In this document: piece by piece, positions 39,062 through 44,942 of the stretch
How positions within the stretch are numbered: position 1 is the first letter of the stretch
How the letters are laid out: each line of letters begins with the position of its first letter
NCBI GenBank assembly: GCA_046566065.1
Contig: JBKHXK010000010.1
Coordinates: 4,392 to 68,391, forward strand
Length of the DNA stretch: 64,000 bases
Source of the DNA: Actinomycetota bacterium
GTDB lineage: Bacteria; Actinomycetota; CADDZG01; WHSQ01
Direction: 5' to 3'
Position numbers and translations under genes: made by a program
The notes under the pieces: generated by a model
What the model saw: the letters and a program-made list of their open reading frames with translations, nothing else
Database searches by the model: none
What the model was told of the DNA's origin: nothing

Positions 39062-40939
39062 CTAGACCGTCGGGGTGGCCTCGGGCGTCGGCTCGGTCGC
39101 CTCGGGCGTCGGCTCGACCTCTTCGGGTTCCTCCTCATCGAGGGCCGGATCATCGGTGGTGTCCTCCCCGGCCGGATCGTCGGTCGGTCCCGGGGCGGGC
39201 TCGAAGGGCTCGGTTCCACCGTCCTCGCTGACGAAGCCGGACCCCTCGAAGGCTTCTTCACTCTCCTCGGGAAGGCTCGGTCGCCCGGTCGTGAGCTGCG
39301 AGGCAGCCTCGATCCCGTCGGAGAACGTCCAGTCCTCGTTGGGTTGGATCGGCTTGTATTCGCCGTTCGGGATCAGGACGTAGGCGCCGATCGCGACGGC
39401 GGTCGCACCGACCAGGACCACGGCCCCTCGGGCGAGCGGTCGCTCCTTGGTCACGTTCAGGGCTCCCACCGCGATCCGCTTGGACGTCCGAGCGAGGGTG
39501 ACCCCCATCCCCGTTATCGGCAGCACCAGCATGCCCATGCGCAGCCCGTTGACCGTGGCCTGTGCGGTCTGGCCTCCGTCCAACGCCTCCTGGAGCTTGT
39601 TCCACTGAACGAAGAAGGAGTCGTAGCCGGTCGCCAGGATCCGAGGAGCGCTCAGGATCATCATCCCGAAGAGATAGAGAAGGACGGGGATGACGGTCAG
39701 GACCCAGATCGTCACGACGGCTCGAGCCCACGGCTTCAGCTCCGTCACCTTGGGGGATGTCTCCTGACCCGGCACCATGCTCTTCAAGGTCGGCTTGATG
39801 CGCCCGAACAGATCCGGGATGCCGGTGAGATCGCTGACCACGTGATAGCCGTCGAGCCTCAAGAACGGCATGAATTGGTAGAGCATCAGCATGTGCTGGA
39901 TAACGATCAGGACGAGGATCGGCTCGAAGCCGGTGAGCGCGTAAGCGCCCCCCACCGCTAGGGCGAATATGGCGTTGAAGTAGACGCCGCCGAGATCGGT
40001 GCGGACCCGGCCCCCCTTCCCCAGTTTCAGGGCGTCCGTGACGTCGGTGTAGAAGGCGGGCCAGACGACGTAGATGCCGAACCCGATCTTGCCGGGCCGG
40101 GCCCCCCCGTACCTGCAGGCGGTCGCGTGACCGAGCTCGTGCCAGCCCACCGACAGGATGAGCAACCCGTAGATCATCAGCACTACCAGCGGCTGATACA
40201 GGAGGTCCCGCAATCCCCCACCGATGCCGTGGATGCCGAAGTACCAGACGTCCAAGGCGATGAGGCCGACAAGGACCGCCACGATCACCGGAGGCCAGAA
40301 CAGGGGCCGCAACAATCCTGCGATGAAGTTCACGGCCCCTTCCGGGACCAGCGTGGTCTTCAGCTTCAATGCCAGCAACGGGTCCGGCTTCACGAGCTCC
40401 GGAGTGCTGCCGTCGGCTCCGACCACCACCCCGTCGGGCCGCAGGTTGTTCTCCAGAAGTGTTGCCACGTTGTCGGCCGAGACGGTTCGGCCGTAGCCCT
40501 CGCTGACCCTTTCGGCGATCTCTTGAAGAGAGCGCTTCCCGTCGATCGACTCGGCGACCAGGTGCAGGAGATGGGTCAGCTGGATGATCTGACCGTCCGA
40601 GCGCCGGACCAGATAACGATCCTCCTTGAAGCCCGAACCCTCGTACTCGCCGAGGAACTCCACGCCTTCCGCCAGCCGGGGGACCTGATCCCCGCCGGCG
40701 CCGACCGGTGGAGGCGCGTCGTCGGCGATGAGGTTCTCGGTCGGCTGACCGGCCGACGTGCCCGGCACGGCCGGAGGGCTCGACCCGGCGTCCTCCGCAA
40801 ACACCGCGGGAGGGGTCGACTCGACCGATGACTCTTCCTCGACCTCAGCAGGCGGCGGCGAATCCGGATCTACCTTGGGGATCTTCTGCAGGTGTTTGGC
40901 TTCCTCGGGGACCCCGTCATCCGACGGCACGGAACCCAT
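39062..40939 (-). CDS. polytopic M50-family (site-2-protease-like) zinc metalloprotease with an N-terminal PqqD/RRE-like domain and low-complexity termini
   Basis: 625 aa.
- HELGH at residues 267-271 (nt 40127-40141) lies in a hydrophobic segment.
- The second M50 motif, FMPFLRLDGYHV, is at residues 356-367.
- At least six hydrophobic spans are visible.
- Residues about 86-172 (PRLAEGVEF...YLVRRSDGQIIQLTHLLHLVAESIDGKRSLQEIAERVSEGYGRTVSADNVATLLENNL) match the PqqD pattern L.....G.I.L.......DG.R(S/T)L.EI.......G......V..LL.
- The C-terminal tail carries the tandem EPTPEAT. Confidence 0.8.
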   Translation of the reverse strand: MGSVPSDDGVPEEAKHLQKIPKVDPDSPPPAEVEEESSVESTPPAVFAEDAGSSPPAVPGTSAGQPTENLIADDAPPPVGAGGDQVPRLAEGVEFLGEYEGSGFKEDRYLVRRSDGQIIQLTHLLHLVAESIDGKRSLQEIAERVSEGYGRTVSADNVATLLENNLRPDGVVVGADGSTPELVKPDPLLALKLKTTLVPEGAVNFIAGLLRPLFWPPVIVAVLVGLIALDVWYFGIHGIGGGLRDLLYQPLVVLMIYGLLILSVGWHELGHATACRYGGARPGKIGFGIYVVWPAFYTDVTDALKLGKGGRVRTDLGGVYFNAIFALAVGGAYALTGFEPILVLIVIQHMLMLYQFMPFLRLDGYHVVSDLTGIPDLFGRIKPTLKSMVPGQETSPKVTELKPWARAVVTIWVLTVIPVLLYLFGMMILSAPRILATGYDSFFVQWNKLQEALDGGQTAQATVNGLRMGMLVLPITGMGVTLARTSKRIAVGALNVTKERPLARGAVVLVGATAVAIGAYVLIPNGEYKPIQPNEDWTFSDGIEAASQLTTGRPSLPEESEEAFEGSGFVSEDGGTEPFEPAPGPTDDPAGEDTTDDPALDEEEPEEVEPTPEATEPTPEATPTV

Positions 40940-41020
40940 CTGCGTTGTCTCGGTTTCTTCAGGCGGCGGCCCGGAACCTCGGTCGATCTCAGTCTCCTGG
41001 TTCGATGATGACGGGGAAAG

Positions 41021-41050
41021 TAAGAAGCGGCCCCGGAGGGCCGCTTCTTA
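41021..41050 (-). terminator. strong stem-loop between the last small-peptide gene and the M50 protease gene (attenuator or mRNA-stabilising hairpin)
   Basis: taagaagcggccc-cgga-gggccgcttctta is a perfect 13-bp stem with a 4-nt loop. It lies 21 nt after the peptide C stop. Only CUUU follows, so it is probably a partial terminator. Confidence 0.55.
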
Positions 41051-41071
41051 GTAACACGTTGTTTCCTTGAA

Positions 41072-41266
41072 CTAGTTGCTCTGGTCGATGTCTACATCCT
41101 GCTCGGCGTTCGCGTAAGCGACCGAGTTGTCCGAGAGCACGTTCGCCGCGACGGCTGCGTTCACCGGCGCTGCGAGGTTCGCGTTGATCAGCGACATCTC
41201 TTCGCGGTCCTCGAGCTGCTCCGAACCCTGCTGCTCCAGCTCTTCCTTGTTCAGTCCGTCAGTCAT
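41072..41266 (-). CDS. small acidic leader-peptide-family protein, paralog C (64 aa)
   Basis: MTDGLNKEELEQQGSEQLEDREEMSLINANLAAPVNAAVAANVLSDNSVAYANAEQDVDIDQSN. AAGGAGG lies 6 nt upstream of the ATG. Third-position GC is high. It is a paralog of the two upstream ORFs. Confidence 0.75.
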   Translation of the reverse strand: MTDGLNKEELEQQGSEQLEDREEMSLINANLAAPVNAAVAANVLSDNSVAYANAEQDVDIDQSN

Positions 41267-41299
41267 GTCAGCCTCCTTCGGCTATCCGATCCCTCTTAC

Positions 41300-41515
41300 T
41301 TACTGGCTCTGGTCGATGTAGGCGTCCTGCGTGGCGTCGGCGTAGGCAACGGCGTCGTCCGAGAGAACGTTGGCTGCGACGGCGGCGTTCACGGGGACTG
41401 CGATGTTGGCGTTGACCAGCGACATCTCTTCGCGGTCCTCGAGCTGCTCCGAACCCTGTTGCTCCAGCTCTTCGCTCGAAAGACCCTCCGGCTGGGTGGT
41501 GTTTTCCTCGGGCAT
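41300..41515 (-). CDS. small acidic leader-peptide-family protein, paralog B (71 aa)
   Basis: MPEENTTQPEGLSSEELEQQGSEQLEDREEMSLVNANIAVPVNAAVAANVLSDDAVAYADATQDAYIDQSQ. Start is set at ATG 41515, with GGAGGTGA 5 nt upstream. The longer ORF-track version overlaps paralog A. Confidence 0.75.
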   Translation of the reverse strand: MPEENTTQPEGLSSEELEQQGSEQLEDREEMSLVNANIAVPVNAAVAANVLSDDAVAYADATQDAYIDQSQ

Positions 41516-41531
41516 GGGTTTCACCTCCCCC

Positions 41532-41738
41532 CTAGTTGCTCTGGTCGATGTCTGCGTCTTGCTCTGCGTTCGCGTATGCAACCGATCCGTCTGAGAGCAC
41601 GTTCAACCCGACTGCCGCGTTGACGGGGGCCGCCAGGTTCGTGTTGATCAAAGACATCTCTTCGCGGTCCTCGAGCTGCTCCGAACCCTGTTGCTCCAGC
41701 TCTTCGGAGCTCAGTCCTTGCGCGTTCTGCTCGGCCAT
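41532..41738 (-). CDS. small acidic leader-peptide-family protein, paralog A (68 aa)
   Basis: MAEQNAQGLSSEELEQQGSEQLEDREEMSLINTNLAAPVNAAVGLNVLSDGSVAYANAEQDADIDQSN. ATG 41738 has AAGGAG 5 nt upstream. The GTG at 41741 is too close to that Shine-Dalgarno sequence. Confidence 0.75.
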   Translation of the reverse strand: MAEQNAQGLSSEELEQQGSEQLEDREEMSLINTNLAAPVNAAVGLNVLSDGSVAYANAEQDADIDQSN

Positions 41739-41827
41739 CACTGCTCCTTCCGCTCGGTCGATACGCCAGTTATGCCCCCGCCCACACGCCGTAAACCGGG
41801 CACTACGGAGCGGAGCGGCTTGTTCCC

Positions 41828-42127
41828 CTAGGACTCGGCCTGGGCGCTGTCGGACTGACTGAACGACTGCGACACGTCGTCCTCTGAATGCGAGACAGGC
41901 TCGCTGGAGGAGCCTTCTGCGTCGCTGCCGGCGTAGCCGGAGGCCTCGTCGGCCGTCAGCGTGGGATCGGTCGCGCTCGCGGAAGCCGCATCGGCGGCGC
42001 CTACGCCTTCGGTGGTCGGCGGCACGAGTGAGGTCGTGGATCCGGAGAGGACTGACAGCATCTCTCGGTCTCCGAGTGACTCGCTGCTCTGGGAATCGAG
42101 GTCTACGTCAGGCTTCTCGGTCGTCAT
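41828..42127 (-). CDS. acidic Ser/Thr/Ala-rich small protein (99 aa) with the shared leader-like motif
   Basis: MTTEKPDVDLDSQSSESLGDREMLSVLSG... Compare SEQLEDREEMSLINAN in paralogs A-C. A GGGGGAAGG Shine-Dalgarno-like sequence lies upstream of the ATG. It overlaps the upstream ORF by 20 nt. Confidence 0.55.
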   Translation of the reverse strand: MTTEKPDVDLDSQSSESLGDREMLSVLSGSTTSLVPPTTEGVGAADAASASATDPTLTADEASGYAGSDAEGSSSEPVSHSEDDVSQSFSQSDSAQAES

Positions 42128-42335
42128 CGCCTTCCCCCTTTGACTCGGACGTGGTCTCGTGCACTTCGGTGTGGCCGCCTCGCTGGGCGACCTTGATCTT
42201 CTGTTTGCGCGAGACGCGCGTCCGGCTTCCCGGTTCGTTGACGTTGGCCGCGATCACGGCATTGACGGCGCCTGCGATCGAGGTGCCCTCCTCCGAGGTG
42301 GCGACTTTCTCGTCGATCACCTTGCGGTATCTCAT
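42108..42335 (-). CDS. small protein (75 aa) with a core-like Asn/Ala/Val segment followed by a basic then acidic tail
   Basis: MRYRKVIDEKVATSEEGTSIAGAVNAVIAANVNEPGSRTRVSRKQKIKVAQRGG... The segment AVNAVIAANV parallels PVNAAVAANV of paralogs B and C. About 80 percent GC3 by eye. The start is uncertain: ATG 42335, or the TTG at 42368 used by the ORF track. Confidence 0.5.
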   Translation of the reverse strand: MRYRKVIDEKVATSEEGTSIAGAVNAVIAANVNEPGSRTRVSRKQKIKVAQRGGHTEVHETTSESKGEGDDDREA

Positions 42336-42380
42336 CCCCGGTCTCTTCCCCGCTGGGGGTCGGGGCAAACGATGACGCGC

Positions 42381-42408
42381 GAAGGCCCGCCCCTGGGGGC
42401 GGGCCTTC
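42381..42408 (-). terminator. GC-rich stem-loop directly after rplA (I-shaped terminator candidate without a U-tract)
   Basis: gaaggcccgccc-ctgg-gggcgggccttc is a perfect 12-bp stem, 19 nt after the rplA stop. Confidence 0.5.
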
Positions 42409-42426
42409 GCGTCTGGGCCTTGTTCT

Positions 42427-43155
42427 CTAAGCGGTGGCCGCCTCGGCCTCCTCGTCGACGAGGTCCTTCGACTTCTGAGGGTCGATCCGGATGCCCGGAC
42501 CCATCGTCGTAGCCAGGGAGATGCTCTTCAGGTAACGACCCTTGGAGGCGGCCGGCTTCGCCCGGATGACCTCGTCCAGGATTGCGGCGTAGTTGTCGAT
42601 CAGGTCCGCCTCGGGGAACGACTTCTTGCCGACGATCATGTGGAGGTTGCCGTGCTTGTCGGTGCGGTACTCGATGCGTCCGCCCTTGATGTCACCTACG
42701 GCGCGGGCGACGTCATCGGTCACCGTGCCCGACTTCGGGTTGGGCATGAGCCCGCGGGGGCCGAGCACACGTCCGAGCTTTCCGACCGCGGGCATCATGT
42801 CCGGGGTCGCAACGATCGCGTCGAACTCGAGCCAGCCTCCGCCGATCTTCTCGGCGAGGTCGTCATCGCCCACGATGTCCGCCCCGGCCTCGGTGGCTTG
42901 TTTCGCCTTCTCACCCTTGGCGAAGGCGGCAACGCGCATGGTTTTCCCGGTGCCTTTGGGAAGCGAGACCGCGCCACGAACCATCTGGTCGGCCTTGCGG
43001 GGATCGACGCCCAGTCGGATGCTGATCTCGACCGTCTCGTCGAACTTCGAGTCGGGGAACTGCTTCAGGATCTTTACCGCCTCACGCGGCGAGTAGAGCT
43101 TGTCGCGATCGACCAGGGCAAGAGCCTCTTTGAAGCGCTTTCCGTGCTTCGGCAT
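42427..43155 (-). CDS. rplA: 50S ribosomal protein L1
   Basis: [12 protein letters not shown]...[24 protein letters not shown]... Confidence 0.97.
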   Translation of the reverse strand: MPKHGKRFKEALALVDRDKLYSPREAVKILKQFPDSKFDETVEISIRLGVDPRKADQMVRGAVSLPKGTGKTMRVAAFAKGEKAKQATEAGADIVGDDDLAEKIGGGWLEFDAIVATPDMMPAVGKLGRVLGPRGLMPNPKSGTVTDDVARAVGDIKGGRIEYRTDKHGNLHMIVGKKSFPEADLIDNYAAILDEVIRAKPAASKGRYLKSISLATTMGPGIRIDPQKSKDLVDEEAEAATA

Positions 43156-43221
43156 GCGATGCCTCCTTCGTGGTCAACGGAGAGCGCGGGGCTCCCCTCC
43201 CACTGGGTTAAGGGGATGTTG

Positions 43222-43656
43222 CTACTGAACCTTGATTCCCATGCTACGTGCGGTGCCTTCGACGATCTTCATGGCCGCCTCGATGTCGTTCGCGTTGAGG
43301 TCGGGCATCTTCGTCTCGGCGATCTCGCGCACCTGGTCCTTGGTCACCGTTCCGACCTTGGTCTTGTGCGGCTCGCCAGAGCCCTTGTCGACACCGGCCT
43401 TCTGGCGCAAGAGCACGGCTGCCGGGGGCGTCTTGGTGACGAAGCTGAAGGAACGATCCTCGTAGACCGTGATCTCGACCGGCACGATCGTCCCGGTGTT
43501 CTGCTGGGTCGCGGCGTTGTACTGCTTGCAGAAATCCATGATGTTGATGCCGGCCTGACCGAGGGCGGGACCGACGGGAGGCGCGGGCGTGGCCTGCCCC
43601 GCTGCGATCTGGAGCTTCAGTACCTGTGCGACCTTTTTGCGGCGTCCGCCACCCAT
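43222..43656 (-). CDS. rplK: 50S ribosomal protein L11
   Basis: [35 protein letters not shown]. Confidence 0.97.
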   Translation of the reverse strand: MGGGRRKKVAQVLKLQIAAGQATPAPPVGPALGQAGINIMDFCKQYNAATQQNTGTIVPVEITVYEDRSFSFVTKTPPAAVLLRQKAGVDKGSGEPHKTKVGTVTKDQVREIAETKMPDLNANDIEAAMKIVEGTARSMGIKVQ

Positions 43657-43678
43657 CTCTTTCTCCTATTCCCTGTTG

Positions 43679-44545
43679 CTAGAGCTTGGCGACCTGGTCG
43701 AAACCGAGCTCGACCGGGGTCTCTCGACCGAAGATATTGACCAACACTTTGAGCTTCGACTGGTCGACGTTGATCTCGGAGATCGAACCAGTGAAGTTCG
43801 CGAACGGCCCCGAGGTGACCCGCACGCTCTCCTGCTCCTCGAACTCGAGGCGAGGCTTGAGCTTCTTCTGGTCCGCCTTGACCTGAAGGATGCGGTCGAC
43901 CTCTCTGTCGGACAACGGGGTCGGCTTGGCCCCCGAGCCCACGAAGCCGGTGACTCCCGGGGTGTTGCGCACCACGTACCACGAGTCGTCGTCCAGGTAC
44001 ATCCGGCAGAGCAGGTAGCCCGGAAACACCTTCTTCTGGACGACCTGCTTCTTGCCCTGCTTTATCTCCATGACGTCTTCCATGGGGATAACGACCTCGA
44101 ACACCGAGTCCTCGACATTCATGGACTGGATGCGTGATTTGAGGTTGGCCTTGACCTTGTTCTCGTAGCCCGCGTAGGTGTGGATCACGTACCAGTCCCC
44201 CGGTCGCTCGTTCGGAGGGATGCGCTGGTCGTCCTCGTAGAACTCGGCGGGCTGGTCCTCGTCGAGCTCGGCTACCTCTTCGTCATCGACCCCGCCCTCG
44301 GACGCGTCCGCCTCGACCTGGTCCAGCTTGGTCTCGGGCAGGGCGGCCTCGGCGTCCGTACCAGCATCGACGGGTGCAGCGGTGAGCGGGCCATCATCTT
44401 TGGGGATGTCCGCGTCGGAGGGGATGTCATCGGCTCCGGTCTCCGCAGCGGCGGCTTCCGGGGTCACGTCGGTGCCATCGGACGCAGAAGCCTCCGTCTC
44501 TTCCTCGTTCTTCTCGAGCACTTCGTCCGTGTGGGTTTCTGTCAT
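43679..44545 (-). CDS. nusG: transcription termination/antitermination factor NusG with a roughly 110-aa acidic N-terminal extension
   Basis: The C-terminal 180 aa is canonical ([14 protein letters not shown]...KOW: [18 protein letters not shown]). Start is set at ATG 44545, which forms an ATGA overlap with the secE stop. Confidence 0.93.
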   Translation of the reverse strand: MTETHTDEVLEKNEEETEASASDGTDVTPEAAAAETGADDIPSDADIPKDDGPLTAAPVDAGTDAEAALPETKLDQVEADASEGGVDDEEVAELDEDQPAEFYEDDQRIPPNERPGDWYVIHTYAGYENKVKANLKSRIQSMNVEDSVFEVVIPMEDVMEIKQGKKQVVQKKVFPGYLLCRMYLDDDSWYVVRNTPGVTGFVGSGAKPTPLSDREVDRILQVKADQKKLKPRLEFEEQESVRVTSGPFANFTGSISEINVDQSKLKVLVNIFGRETPVELGFDQVAKL

Positions 44546-44835
44546 ATCTCCACTCCATACAGAGCCAGGATCGCCTTGGTGAAGACGAAGTCCATCGCGA
44601 AGATCACCGCGGCTACGACGATCGAGGCCACCAGGACCACGGTCGAATATGCGACTACTTCCTGTCGGGTCGGCCACGCCACCTTCTTGAGCTCGGCGAC
44701 GACCTCCTTGAAGAACTGCGAGGGCTTGGTGCGCTCCTTCTTGGTGGCCGCCGTCGGCGGCTTGACCGCCGGACGCGGGGCAGCCTTCTTGCGCTCCTCT
44801 TCCTTCTTCATCATGCGCTTGTACTGCCTGTTCAC
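44542..44835 (-). CDS. secE: preprotein translocase subunit SecE
   Basis: 97 aa. Basic N-terminus, then [20 protein letters not shown] and a single C-terminal transmembrane segment. It lies immediately upstream of nusG. GTG start, position uncertain. Confidence 0.85.
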   Translation of the reverse strand: MNRQYKRMMKKEEERKKAAPRPAVKPPTAATKKERTKPSQFFKEVVAELKKVAWPTRQEVVAYSTVVLVASIVVAAVIFAMDFVFTKAILALYGVEI

Positions 44836-44942
44836 AGCCAGACCCTTTCTCGGTACGCCGCCCCGGACGCGCTAGATAAAGGTCCGAGCGGGGGGAGAGA
44901 AGGCAAAGATTAGCACGCTCGTGAACCGCCCACTGAGGCCGC

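Larger units (their letters stand above)
41072..41741 (-). repeat. tandem triplication (period about 228-232 nt) of the small-peptide gene
   Basis: A 51-nt block is identical at 41655-41705 and 41423-41473, and has one mismatch at 41195-41245. It encodes EELEQQGSEQLEDREEM. The flanking parts of the units have diverged. Confidence 0.85.

Noticed and set aside
41516-41581. An N-terminal extension of peptide paralog B (MHTRTQSKTQTSTRATRGEVKP...) given by the ORF track.
   Set aside because: The extension overlaps the 3' end of paralog A. It lacks a Shine-Dalgarno sequence and has no counterpart in the other paralogs. The internal ATG at 41515 has GGAGGTGA 5 nt upstream.
41072-41741. Classifying the tandem peptides as lanthipeptide, sactipeptide, thiopeptide, lasso or NHLP/Nif11-type precursors, or as chaplins.
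   Set aside because: - Paralogs A-C contain no Cys.
- There is no GG or GA leader cleavage motif.
- No LanM/LanB, radical SAM, YcaO, lasso cyclase, ATP-grasp or C39-ABC gene lies next to them.
- Chaplins have Sec signal peptides and a conserved Cys pair, both absent here.
- The class is therefore left open.
41072-41741. A regularly spaced repeat of about 230 nt that could superficially be mistaken for a CRISPR-like or non-coding tandem array.
   Set aside because: - The period is far too long for a CRISPR array.
- The units are complete ORFs with Shine-Dalgarno sequences and high GC3.
- The differences between units are largely synonymous or conservative.
- There are no short direct repeats with unique spacers.
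44836-44942. The expected rpmG (L33) and/or a tRNA immediately upstream of secE. The gap at 62125-62244 next to tRNA-Thr was also checked.
   Set aside because: Manual reading of both strands shows no L33-like Cys-rich 50-55-aa ORF and no cloverleaf-capable sequence in these gaps.
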